DNA from: Octopus bimaculoides
Lineage: Eukaryota
DNA: 64,000 nucleotides
Assembly (NCBI RefSeq): GCF_001194135.2
Contig: NC_068983.1
Coordinates: 9,418,542 to 9,482,541 of the forward strand
Direction: 5' to 3'
Shown here: positions 52,090 to 64,000 of the stretch, piece by piece
Numbering within the stretch: position 1 is the stretch's first letter
How the letters are laid out: every line of letters starts with the position of its first letter
Position numbers and translations under genes: made by a program
Notes under the pieces: generated by a model
Seen by the model: the letters and a program-made list of their open reading frames with translations, nothing else
Database searches by the model: none
Told to the model about the DNA's origin: nothing

Positions 52090-52602
52090 AAACACCCGGT
52101 GTCCCTTATTCACAAATGGGATAGAATGTGAGTTACCTCACCTGTCCATGACTCTCAAGTGCTTTAACAACTGGCACTGTGAGAGTGTATCAGCAACACA
52201 ACGCTATTGCGGCCACCGAAAGATACACGAAACGTATATATTAAGTGTATGTATTTAATAATATTTGTTATACCAAAGCTGCTTTTATTTCATATGTGAA
52301 TTTTCTCTTAAGTATGCAAATTCCGGGTGTGCTAGTACATGGTTTTACAAGCCATGGTCATATAAGACGTGAGATGGCTAAGTGACCTGTCTTCAATCAT
52401 GACGGGAACGTGATGTTAATATGCCGCAAAATTAGCGAAACACCTGGCGTTTATCAGTCCCAAATAGGATAAGTGAGTTATCTCTCGTGTCCATGATGCT
52501 GAAGCTTTTTAACACCTGCGGCTTTGAGAGTGTATAAACTCCACCACGCTATTGCACCCACCGGAAAATACACGAAGCATATGGTATATATTAAGTATAT
52601 GT

Positions 52603-52610
<8 letters not shown>
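52090..52610. repeat. Diverged direct duplication, period ~345 bp
   Basis: Anchors tgtccatga 52143/52488, acgctattgc 52201/52546, and tatattaag repeated at a similar offset. Confidence 0.75.
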
Positions 52611-52695
<85 letters not shown>

Positions 52696-52699
52696 TAAT

Positions 52700-52730
<31 letters not shown>

Positions 52731-52739
52731 TACGCAGTG

Positions 52740-52900
52740 ATACACATTGGGAAATTCTAGAAGAACTGAAAATTACACGAAAATCAGAATGGGCTGCCAC
52801 TGCATAGTGCCAGAGACCCCAGCATCTCCTTCGAATTACAGGATCAGATGCTGCAACAGTATTCTCCCAAAAACCGTGAGAAACATACATCCGACAGACA
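52740..52900 (+). mobile_element. CR1-like LINE fragment, internally deleted
   Basis: HWEILEELK..RMGCHCIVPETPASPSNYRIRCCNS-ILPKTVRNIH, homologous to the 2461-2665 translation. Confidence 0.6.
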
Positions 52901-53084
52901 CGCATACCCTTAACGTAGTTCTCAGAGCGATTCAGCGTGACACAGATTGTGATTAGGCTGGCCCTTTGAAATACAGGTACAACTCATTCTTGTCAGGTGA
53001 GTGAACTGGAGCAACGTGAAATAGAATCTCTTGCTCAAAGACACAACGTACCACCGGGGATCGCACATGCGACCTTACGATCGT
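52897..53084 (-). mobile_element. Chimeric SINE: family D head and core joined to family C tail
   Basis: Minus: cacgttgctccagttcactca..gaatgagt|tgtacctgtatttcaaagggccagcc..tgtcacgctgaatc..gagaactacgttaagggta. Confidence 0.8.
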
Positions 53085-53110
53085 TCAATACGCAAATTAT
53101 TAAGCCATAT

Positions 53111-53678
53111 TTTTATTGTCAAACGCAGGATAACGCTAATAATATAGCATAAACAGGATAAAGTATCCATATTTTGCAGAAAAATCTGTCGGCGGCCAGC
53201 GATGAGATTTGAACACACATCCCTGTGACTACGCGTCAAGTGATTTACCATTAATCTAAACTGCCCACCGACAAATTATTTTGCAATTTTAGGATATATA
53301 AATCCAGATTTATAAGACGCAGTTGTACGTTAAATTCAACGTACGTTGAAAGTTAAAAGACAAGGTTTGCCTTAGAAGAGTTTGAGAATAAAATGATTTC
53401 CTTATCTGTATCTTTCAATACTTCTCAAAGCTTCTACAGCAAACGTTGTTTGTTGACTTTCAACGTAAGCTAAATTTGACGTACGATAGCGTCATATAAA
53501 GCTAGATTTATATATCCTACATTTGCAATTTAGCTTAATGGTAAAGCACTTGACGCGTAATCATAGGGACGTGAGTTCGTGTCTCATGGCTGACCGCTGA
53601 CATAGTTTTCTGAAAAATACGTATAGTTTATCGTGTTCATGCTATATTATTAGTATTATCTTGTCCTTGAGAATAAAA
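53111..53678. mobile_element. Fold-back element (~570 bp) with a tRNA-like module in each arm
   Basis: Arms ~53111-53388 and ~53419-53678 are reverse complements (about 80% by eye); tRNA-like segments at 53193-53266 (-) and 53525-53595 (+) have an A box, a B box and CGT in the anticodon position. Confidence 0.85.
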
Positions 53679-53791
53679 TTATTACCTTACTTGTATATAT
53701 ATATTCATATATACACACACACGCACAAATATGAATATATATATGTATATAGACACACACAAATATATATATACATACACACACACACACA

Positions 53792-53875
<84 letters not shown>

Positions 53876-54480
53876 TTATATCTAAATACGTATAGTGATG
53901 TTAATATGTATTTATATTTGTATGTATAAACATTGCATGATCATAAACAAAGTTTTCATGATCGATTTCTCTATCTTAGAGCAAGTCGTAAACATGTTTG
54001 GTGTAGTTATATTCTCATATAGATATTTCATGTAACGTTTACAAAATTTCCATCCATTTGTCAACAAGAAAACAGATCTTTGCAACTGATGTATAAGTGT
54101 CATGAAAACAGATCAATCATTTATGCAGATTTTGGCGATATGAAACCAAACACCGAAAATATATATGTGATACTATGCAACGGGATTACAATTTTATATC
54201 TACAACCAAACTTTCTACAGGATATTTTCTCCTTTTCTTCGTCGTTTGTTCTGTATCAATATCTTACTCGCTGTTATTGTAGTATTGTTAACCCATTTCC
54301 TATCTAATATTGTTTTTAATGTTTTATGTTCGTCTTTCTCCTCATGAAATACATTTGCGTTCATATAAATTTCTTGTATCATTCCTTCACATATTATATT
54401 CAAAGCTATTATCTAATTGTGAGTGCTTGACTGTATCCGTGTATATGATTCCGTGTACATGCATGCTAGTGCGTATATAC

Positions 54481-54519
<39 letters not shown>

Positions 54520-54669
54520 NNNNNNNNNNNNNNNNNNNNNNNNNNNNNNNNNNNNNNNNNNNNNNNNNNNNNNNNNNNNNNNNNNNNNNNNNNNNNNNNN
54601 NNNNNNNNNNNNNNNNNNNNNNNNNNNNNNNNNNNNNNNNNNNNNNNNNNNNNNTATATACATACACGC

Positions 54670-54720
<51 letters not shown>

Positions 54721-54866
54721 TATCTATATATAAGTATATATTGTGATGTATGTAGGTATTTATAGCGATATAGTTACGCAGATATATAAGTAGGGAAGTA
54801 ATGATAAATGATTAGAATATGCAAGCAAAGTCAGAAACGCACAAAGTAACGTACACAGGTCTGTGC

Positions 54867-54897
<31 letters not shown>

Positions 54898-54898
54898 C

Positions 54899-54947
<49 letters not shown>

Positions 54948-55249
54948 TAAATTTATAAATATATATATGTCTCCATGTGCATTTTCTGTTTATACGTATA
55001 CATACATTATTTACACAATGTGTGCGTTTGTGTGCGTATGTGCGTGTGTGCGTGTGTGCGTGTTTGTGCGCATGTGCGTACTTATTGAGAAACATGAAAA
55101 TTATGTACATATGCACATAAAGGAAATTATGCATATAACACTCGTATAAATACACAGTAAAACACATGCACACACATTCATAAATATGCACCAAAGATAC
55201 ACCTACATAGAAGTTCATAGCTGGTCATTCTCGGCTTCGCTTCTTATAA

Positions 55250-55462
55250 CTGGCTTTCCGTGGCTTACGAAGACGACAGTTCCAGTTAATGCGATCAGTT
55301 GACATAGAGAGTTAATGTTAATGTTGTCACTTTGAATTACAGGTACAACTCATCTTTGATAATTAGCCAGACTGGAGCAACGTGCAATAAAGTTTCTTGC
55401 GCAAAAACAAAACGCGCCATCGGGAATCGAACTCATGAACTTTGCTTGCATATTCTAACCAT
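55250..55462 (-). mobile_element. Older copy of the chimeric D/C SINE
   Basis: tttgaattacaggtacaactcat..gactggagcaacgtg..cttgc.caa..gggaatcgaactcatga. Confidence 0.7.
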
Positions 55463-55648
55463 TTATTATTACTTCCCTACTTATATATCTTTGACCAATT
55501 TGTACATCTAAATATATAAGTGGGGCGTGTGAGAGAAAACGTGTGTGTGTGTGTGTATGTATGTGTGTGTGTGTGTATGTGTGTGTGTGCGCGTGCGTGT
55601 GCTTGTGGGTATGTGAGAGACAAATAGATAGATATAGAGAGATGGTAA

Positions 55649-55850
55649 GGAGGCGAGCTGGCAGAATCGTTAGCCCACCGGGTGAACTGCTTAGTGTTAT
55701 TTCGTCTGCCGCTACGTTCTGAGTTCAAATTCCGCCGAGGTCGATTTTGCCTTTCATCCTTTCGGAGTCGATTGAATAAATACCAGTTATGCACTGGGGT
55801 CGATGTAATCGACTTAATCCCCTTGTCTGTCCTTATTTGTTCCCTCCATG
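55649..55850 (+). mobile_element. Family B SINE
   Basis: ggaggcgagctggcagaatcgttagc..ttctgagttcaaattccgccgaggtcgattttgcctttcatcctttcggagtcgat. Confidence 0.9.
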
Positions 55851-55949
55851 TTTATCTCAGCACGTATATTTTTTTCAGTAGATACACGAAAATATTTACA
55901 TATTTGTATATATAAAATCATTAACGTAATAACTGAGGGCATATTATCT

Positions 55950-56320
55950 TTTTAGAAGGAAAGGATGGGTCTCTGACAAGGTCATTCAGTTCAGCTTGGG
56001 AAAATGTTTGAGGTTCAAACTATCGTCAACAGCCACATAATCTTCGTCAGCAGCATTATTGTGACAGTCAGCATCATCATCTGATGTTACAACACCATCA
56101 TCCGGTGGAACTGAAATTGGCAGACTTCCATTGTGAGTCACGTAAGCCATTTGAGCAAGCTGAGCATATAAAATGTGGTGCCTCTAGCTTGTCCTGATCT
56201 CTAAGAGGGCAGTCAAAGTATAGCTTATAGACCTTCTTGATCTCTGGTGTTATTGTACGTTTTTGAGCTTTCACAATAAATTGTTCACAGACAACAAAAC
56301 ACATCAGGACGATTCTACAG
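55950..56320 (-). mobile_element. Degraded DNA transposase N-terminus, Chapaev (CMC)-like
   Basis: CFVVCEQFIVKAQKRTIT..KKVYKLYF..LRDQDKLEAPHFICSAC, then (deleted)..HNGSLPISVPP..EPQTFSQAELNDLVRD; the superfamily label is from memory of this motif set. Confidence 0.6.
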
Positions 56321-56849
56321 TCTTGACATTATTAACATTGTATAACAGTTAAGGAAATAGATACAAACCGTTATACTTATATCGAATTTGAGATGATGAA
56401 ATATTTCATCAGACTGGACAATTCGAGATGTTGAAATACCTAATTTACCAGACAAAACTTGATTGGTTAACTTAAGATGATGAAATATTGCATCTGAACT
56501 ATGTAACAATAAATAATGTATTTTATTTTAAAGGCATGTTTCCGTCATGTAAATGAAATACATACTTAGACGTCATTAGTTGGAATTTCTATATAATGCC
56601 TGAGCTAAAACCAAAATATTTTCTCATCTCGAAAACTGTAAGTGATGCCAAAAAACTAATTGGTTATTTGAAATCAGTAATTAAAAACTATACTAAGTAC
56701 ACCTCGATGCTTGATGAAAAATATTTGTTGACCAGTGTTATAAGATGATCGTCTGATGTTACGATGTTTGTTGTTATGTACATTTAAAAGTATTTTGACA
56801 CTGTTTACGGCATAAAATATTTTAGGGATTACATAGACAATATTTTACG

Positions 56850-57600
56850 TATAATATGGGCAGTTCCCATGAACACTAATTCTTTAATTTCTTCCATTTT
56901 CGGATTTCCTGGTTTCTGAGCTAGGTAGCAATCAGCCCCTCTTCCTATCATTCTTAGGCTACCTATGACAACAGGTATTGCTTTAGTCCTGAAGTTCCAC
57001 ACTTTGCCAATTTCTGTTTGAAGAAATTTATACTTGCTCAGTTTTTGGTAGGTCTTGACAGATACATTTATGTCGATTGAGTCAATCGGCTATCTTTCGA
57101 TTTGATGTGAGAAAACGACAACTGAAAGCACATGAGTTTTGTTTACATCTAATCGGCCTGTGAGTGTTAGGGTTAGGGTTAGGGTTAACCGATTAGATGT
57201 AAACAAAACCCATGTGCTTTCAGTTGTCGTTTTCTCACATCAAATCGAAAGATAGCCGAGTCAATCATATCGGTGACGAGGCATTAATTTTTTCTAAAAT
57301 CCTTTCATACAATGTCTGGCATAATAGCCTTTATCTTTCTGTCAGTTTGCACGATGAAATTCCAAAGGAGTGAGATGTGATCATTTTCAAACACTGGTGG
57401 GGGTTTGTGTTCCCACCAGTTTTTATCATGGGGCAAATTACCCAGTGAATATAGTCTGCTGCTCTATCATGCCTCTTGAGATACTCTGTGGGCGCAAAAA
57501 GTCTGTAGGAGACAACATGTAATAAAGATATACATAAAGCTTTTTTCCCAATGTATACAATCTTTTTTCCTCTTATATGACTTAATCATAAGAAAGTAGG
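56850..57600 (-). mobile_element. Degraded R4/Dong RLE domain interrupted by a MITE
   Basis: APTEYLKRHDRAADYIHWVIC..HDKNWWEHKP..FENDHISLLWNFIVQTDRKIKAIMPDIV..CLVTDM[MITE]IDINVSVKTYQKLSKYK..IPVVIGSL. Confidence 0.85.
57088..57257. mobile_element. 170-bp palindromic MITE with 9-bp TSD (Mutator/Foldback-like) and a (TTAGGG)3 spacer
   Basis: 69-bp TIRs GGCTATC../..GATAGCC with 1 mismatch; TSD GAGTCAATC at 57079-57087 and 57258-57266; TTAGGG x3 at 57167-57184. Confidence 0.9.
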
Positions 57601-59265
57601 TTAACAGACGAATAATATTATCTTCAGATTGGCATTCTGACCCGAATAATTGCAACAAAGTGGATTCTACTGAAGTCTCTCATGAGCTAGCCAGCGAATC
57701 AATATTCGAAATCCGCCGATGCCAGTGTTTTCATTCATCTATTTGCAGGGTCAATGAAATAAATATATCTCAAGTACTGAGGTCGATACTATTGACTGTT
57801 CTTTTCTCCAAAACTATTGGATTTGCATCTACGTTTAACGAACTATTTGCATTTCTGGAACAAAACTTTCTCGACATGTTCGAAACCATAACAGCCTCTC
57901 TTCTTCGTAGCTGGCTGGTTTCGTCCTTCCACTATTCAGACTTCTCTGCCGCACTCACGTCTTTACCAATAGTCACCTCTGTTGCATCCACCATATCCCT
58001 CGGCTCATTACTAACCATTTTGCCTAGCTTTTCTTCATGGGACATCGGCCTTCATAATTTTTTTACTGGTCATGTCTTTTCTATAACTATTGATTTGCAA
58101 CATCTTAAACAGAAATTTAACGGCACAAAAAGCACTGATCCCAGGGAGCCTGCAAACGCCATAGGCACAAACGATCCCTCCATACTCAGCTGAGTTCATA
58201 CTCAAAATGACTGCAATGCACTTTGAATATTGTAGTTTTCGACGAACTTAAATTTACGAGAAATTCATCTCCGGACAGATCCTTCCTTTTTTCTTTTTTT
58301 TTTTCGTAAATTTGCTGTATTATGTTTCCCTTGTGACTAAACAACATCAACAAAAGAATCAGTAGAATTAGAGAAATCAGCCGCAGCAGCAGCAACAACA
58401 ATAACAAACGTGTCTTTGATGTTCTATTTAACTGACCTTGGTAATTAAATTCGATTATTGGTTGATTGCGAAGACAATCATTTCGATGAAATCAAGAAAT
58501 ACATGCGATCTAATTTTTTGCTGTACGAACGAAAATGAAGCCGCTACACGGTCGGCATTTCTTCCTGAATTAGCAGCAACACTTACTTTCAGCGAATCAT
58601 TCGCTTTTCGAAATCTAAAAACAAAATGCTTGGTGAAGTGCCAGAGTTTTCGTCAAACTTCTCTGAGCTCTAAACAAAAATCTTGTTGAAGTCACTTTGC
58701 CTTTCATTATTTAGGAGCCTTTCATTATCTTGGAGCATCACTGAATTGCGGTGAATTTGTCTAGAATGTAAGAAAATTGGACTGAATGACTTGTGGTATT
58801 TGTTCTGGCTCTTTGCATTATGAAATTCAAATCCCATCGTGGCCTACTTAAGGGCTATATTTAATCTGTTGTTCGGTTTCACTCTGCAATCTATCTAGCA
58901 TATTACGTACCTTTGGCGAAGTCCAATGTGTTGCAAAAATTTAAGTTAGATCGCCAGTTTGAAGATACCTTCACCCGACTAGCGTGAGGAGTCGTGTACA
59001 AGAACACGAGCTCTGGGCATTTTACTGGTTAGAACATTGTTTCTCAACTATTCTTTGTCTATGGACCCTGTGGTTCCTATCTTGCTCAATTGAATCCTCA
59101 AGAATTATTTTGTGCATTGTAGAAAGCATAACCATTATATTGCACATAAATTTTGAACTCCCAAGGGCCATATAGACCCCGGTTGAGAACCACTGGATGA
59201 GGAGATAACAAAAGCCATTCATAAACATATGCGATGGTTACCACCGTAAATTATTTGATTAAATA

Positions 59266-59697
59266 GGCGTAGGAGTGGCTGTGGGGTAAGTAGCTTGCTT
59301 ACCAACCACATGGTTCCGGGTTCAGTATTACTGCGTGGTACCTTGAGCAAGTGTCTTCTACTATAGCCTCGGACCGACTAAAGCATTGTGAGTGGATTTG
59401 GTTGACGGAAACTGAAAGAAGCCCGTCGTATATATGTATATATATATATGTGTGTGTGTGTATGTATTTGTGTTTGTGCGTCTGTGTTTGTTTCTCCCCC
59501 ACCCAACATCGCTTGACATGCGATGCTGGTGTGTTTAGATCCCGTAAGCTAACGGTTTGGCAAAAAGAGACTAATAGAATAAGTACTAGGCTTCCACAGA
59601 ATAAGTCCTGGGGTTGATTTGCTCGACTAAAGGCGGTGCTCCAGCATGGCTACTGTCAAATGACTGAAACAAGTAAAAGAGTAAAAGAATAAAAGAG
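59266..59697 (+). mobile_element. Full-length family A SINE
   Basis: ggcgtaggagtggctgtgg..ggttccgggttcag..gaaacaagtaaaagagtaaaagaataaaagag tandem tail. Confidence 0.95.
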
Positions 59698-60361
59698 ATA
59701 TATGACCCATCGGGATAACCTGTGGTAAAACAACGACTGTAACATGAATTATTTTCTCATGTTGCTCCACACTATTTTGTAGAAAATAAGTGATCATATT
59801 TTTACAATGTAGTGTTATAAACGGAACAACGATGCCAAAAGTATAAAGACGTTGATCATTAAGCCTGCGGTTAAAAATAACCACAGCAAACAAACTATTT
59901 ACGCTTTTACATATCTACGAAACCTTAATAGCATGTCGGCAAATTCTGTTAACAATGAAGTAATGACAACACTCGTGTCATTATAGTTTTCAATATCGAA
60001 CCATGCCTTTTTCTCAAGGCTTGTTAACGCTGCTTTGTTAACACTACATTAATAGAAGCCAAACATATGGTTTCCACAAGTTTCTCATTGATGTGAACCT
60101 ATTACACCTTGTTTGTTTGCAAATTGAAGCGACTGGAAATATCCAGACTGTCTGATAATAACATATTGTAATGATGCATCTATAACAAATATATGATTCA
60201 TAATATACTAATGCATTTATATAGATTATCTTGTGTTGATAGTAACGTAGCACATTGCAGCAACGCATATCAGGAAGACTCAGTCTAGATAATGTGATGG
60301 CACCATTTTATATCATAAATTTACAGACAATCTAGACCTTTCATGATCTCTCACATGTTTA

Positions 60362-60412
<51 letters not shown>

Positions 60413-60414
<2 letters not shown>

Positions 60415-60656
60415 TAGTGTACATTTAAACACAAAAAGAGTTGACCCTTAACAGGTCGCCTTACATGCTAGAAGGAACAGTCAAAAGTCCAAACCTAAGT
60501 TAAGAGCAGTTTCGAAGGGAATGAAAAATAAAAACATGGTAAATGTTCTTATTTTGCATTCCCTTCGAAATTGCTCTTAACTGTGGTTTGGACTTTTGAC
60601 TGTTCCTTCTAGCATGTAAAGTGGTCAACCCTTTTTGTGTTTAAATGTACACTAAT
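60413..60656. mobile_element. Palindromic MITE core (arms ~115-120 bp, 5-nt loop)
   Basis: attagtgtacatttaaacacaaaaa..gctagaaggaacagtcaaaagtccaaacc..aaacat-ggtaa-atgtt..ggtttggacttttgactgttccttctagc..tttttgtgtttaaatgtacactaat. Confidence 0.85.
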
Positions 60657-61864
60657 TTTTATATGGAAAATATTTTGTCTATTGACTTTTTATACATGCT
60701 AGGCCACTGGTAGAAGAATTTCTATAATTTTGCTGCCCTACATTATATTAAGTATGTATGTGTGTGTGTGTGTGTTTGTGCTTACATACATATATGTTGT
60801 ATGTCGGTGTATGTGTGTGCATATATATATGTTTGAATATACACAATGATATATATATATATATATATAGACCAATTACTGTTTAACTGCATTTTGAGGA
60901 TAGAAATGGAAAGATTGTGTCTGTATATAGGTGAATCTAAGTAAGTTTAGTCTTAAGGCACTAGTTTTTTCTTTTTGTATTTGCCGATATACGTTGTCAA
61001 ACGGTATGGAATTTCATATACACATACATACATGCAAGCTTACATATTTGTATATATTTGTGTGTACATGTTTTTGCACTCTTATGCACGTTTGTGTGTG
61101 TGTGAGAGAACAAATACATTGTGTAGAATAAATGGGAAAATAATGCTAAATATATACTGTAGAGCCTATTAAAACCGTAAGCTTATTAAAACCGAATATC
61201 TCGCGAGTGAAGTTTTATGATATTGCATACACATCCGCTAAATTTCATTCATTCTTCCGACAGTCTATTTGTCAAGTCGAGTCTATGGAAAAAAGACAAT
61301 TGACCTAGAACTACATAGTCGTGAAGGGTGCATTGTAACCAGAGAAAGTACCCATATTATATAACTGTTCATAAAACCGAAACTGAACAGCTGTTCACTC
61401 TACTGTTTCATAACCGGTGTTGGTTTCTTTACGGCCGCGTAATTAAAAGATTCGGAAAATAGAATCGTTCGATAGAAGAAATGCCAGACTTGAAAATAAA
61501 TACTAGGGTCAATATGTTCGATTAAATGGTTCTTGACTATGTTGCAACGTTGCTGCAGTCCACCCGTTCCTAAATTTATAGAAAGTTCAACCATTACCAT
61601 ATCAACTGACTTTAACAGAAGGGCTTACAGTTGGTATCTGTACCTGCTAGAAATAACACCCTAATCACATCCTGATTCTTTTAAAACGACACATTGGTCA
61701 ATGTAACTATAGATATACAGGGAGATTGTCTTTGATCATAAGTACATTATTTTAAGATGTGTTGTCCTTGTCTTTCTGTTAGCTATTCAAATATTTACAT
61801 AACTTGCCAATAGTTATAATCAAAATAATACTTCCTATAAACAGATTGTATTCTTTCGTTGCAG

Positions 61865-61933
61865 GTTACAAGGAAGATAGGATATAGGCGAAGCAACAGC
61901 GCCCTGGTGTACATCAAATCTGATATACTAAAG
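61865..61933 (+). CDS. Candidate internal exon (69 nt, phase 0-0): VTRKIGYRRSNSALVYIKSDILK
   Basis: Acceptor ttgtattctttcgttgcag|, donor AAG|gtaaga; only frame 0 is open; no family recognised. Confidence 0.5.
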
Positions 61934-62233
61934 GTAAGATATAGTGAAATCTCTTTATTTTAGTAGACTAGACTTTTTTATTCTAGAAGAAAAATTATGA
62001 TCTTTTGAATTTTAATCAATTTCTAATTGGCAGTAGGAGATATTAAGGTTTAGGCAAGAGACCACAAATTCTAGAGGATATAGCAGGTGGCAAAATAGAA
62101 TACTGCTATTTTAGCAATCGCCGGAAGGATACAAAATTTATCCTGTTGATATTCGAAATTCGAACGTCAAGAAGTGTGACTATGTACCGCAAGATATTTT
62201 GTTTACCAGATTATCAAATGAACTAATAATCCA

Positions 62234-62270
<37 letters not shown>

Positions 62271-63583
62271 GTCACCCTGTATACTTATTCCATCACTCTA
62301 TATCTCTTACATGACATTTTGCCTCAGCACTCTGTCAATTCTAATATTACTTCATCTTTCTGAACGTAATAGCTGTTGGGTCGTCACCAAGACTTTCTCT
62401 TCCCTCCTATATTTAACTGCCCACTTTTGCACTATTGGTAAAGCTAGAGTGATATTCTCTGATGTAGTAACCTTGTCAGCTTTAGAGGCTAAACCCATAC
62501 TTGATAACATCAAATTTTGTCCGTTTTTAAGAAAAGACCCCACTAGTTACTTTTGAGGTCTTCTTTGAAATGTCAAATTTCAGTTTATCTGGAAAGAAAC
62601 TAGAGTTCAAATTAAAGCCTGCAAGATTTCGCAGGTCTAACATCGTTCCTTCGCAGTCAACCTATGAACTATTCAACCCATCCTCCTATATTGTAAATAA
62701 CTTTCTCCATTACAAACTAATACAGTGGTGTACATATATAGAATTCATTTTTATCCCAATATCTCAGGCCTTGTGCCTGTAGAAGAAAAGAAAGGATTAT
62801 AGATTTCACAGTGTATAACAGCACAAAATGACGAATTGACAGAGAAGTTAGGACGCTGCGTTGAATGTTTCCCGGTATTTGCAGCAGGCTTCTGCACTCA
62901 GAACTCAAATATCGCCCAGATCAAGTTAGCCTTTCGTCCCTTCGAGGTAGATAAATAAAAGTACCACTATAGAACAGTAGATTAGTGGAACATGAACAAT
63001 AAAAATATAGGGTTGGTTTTCTCACAGTATTTGTAGATGTCCTTTTCCTTTTAAATTGAAATCCCGTCATGGCTACATAGAGTGACAGTCCTATTCCGTT
63101 TCGAAATTTATCACTACCATTTTTAATCTGTCGCAAGCTTTAAGCCCATCATTTGGTATCTTGGTTGTCTTTAACGGAGTCGCAACTAGTATTCGGAGCC
63201 GATTTTCGGTTTCACAACACCTTTCTCCATTCTTCTTCCCCATAAATTTGACAACCTTGTTAAGGTTCATGGGCACTTTTTTTACTTCCTGACAAGAAGT
63301 TTCGAAAAGGAAAAAAACATAAATATACTAGAAGTAGAATAATACTGAATATATGAATACGGTTATATTTTTCTTACACGATATGAAAATGATTATATTT
63401 CAATCTAGATGTAATTTGCTACAACATAAGCGAAACAGCAGTTTTGTGTAAAAAAACTGAACGAAATTGTTCAAAATTACAACACTTTTCATTTTCTGTC
63501 ATTATTCATACGTATGTATGGGTGGGTATTGATGTGTGTACGAATGTATATATATATATATAAATATAGATAGATAGATAGAC

Positions 63584-63640
<57 letters not shown>

Positions 63641-64000
63641 TTGACATAGATGCATACATATATATTATATATGTTATATATATATGTATCTCTCGCTCTC
63701 TTCCTCTCTCTCTCTCTTTCTCTCTCTCTCTATCTATATATATGTATGTATGTATCTATATATATGTATGCATATTGTTAGCATGTATTTTATATTATAA
63801 ATGTGCGTGCTTGTGTGTGTCTTTTTGTGAGTATGCACATACACATACTTATGTATATAGGCAATTCCATCTATCAAATGTACTCTTAGCGGGTAAAGAA
63901 AAAATCGGGTGAAATGGAGAGACAATATTAGATAAAATTTGATAATATTTTCTCTGATATTTCTACATATGTCCCCTTATCTTTCATCATTATAAATCTC

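Noticed and set aside
57167-57184. TTAGGG repeats as a telomere or chromosome-fusion scar
   Set aside because: Only three units, lying inside the spacer of a MITE with a TSD.
57660-58193. 177-aa + strand ORF (MDSTEVSHEL...)
   Set aside because: No recognisable domain or splice structure. The minus strand is purine-rich with a broken CFLC knuckle-like motif, so it is more likely the antisense shadow of a decayed retroelement ORF1.
62260-63300. Several 60-95 aa ORFs, possibly an L1-like remnant
   Set aside because: No diagnostic motif could be read; insufficient support for any call.

Overview
Repeat-dense, AT-rich eukaryotic genomic DNA with 16 assembly gaps (about 6.5 kb of N, nearly all starting or ending in microsatellites). 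The SINE families, R4/Dong LINEs and extreme microsatellite load point to an octopus (coleoid cephalopod) draft assembly; this is inference, not a database result. No complete or recognisable protein-coding gene is present, and nearly all long ORFs in the track are artefacts of microsatellites and N-runs. The window is intron-like or intergenic. It contains about 20 tRNA-derived SINE copies (four families plus a chimeric one), R4/Dong-type RLE LINE remnants that abut (TAA)n or (TACA)n tracts, CR1-like and Hero-like LINE scraps, and a Chapaev-like transposase remnant. It also has a mariner-type MITE, a probable non-autonomous Helitron, two independent 165-bp solo LTRs with 5-bp TSDs, and several palindromic elements. 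One palindrome carries outward-facing tRNA-like modules; another has a (TTAGGG)3 core and a 9-bp TSD. There are two pre-miRNA-like hairpins with + strand G-U bias, and a few orphan exon candidates with good splice sites on both strands that I cannot assign to a protein family.
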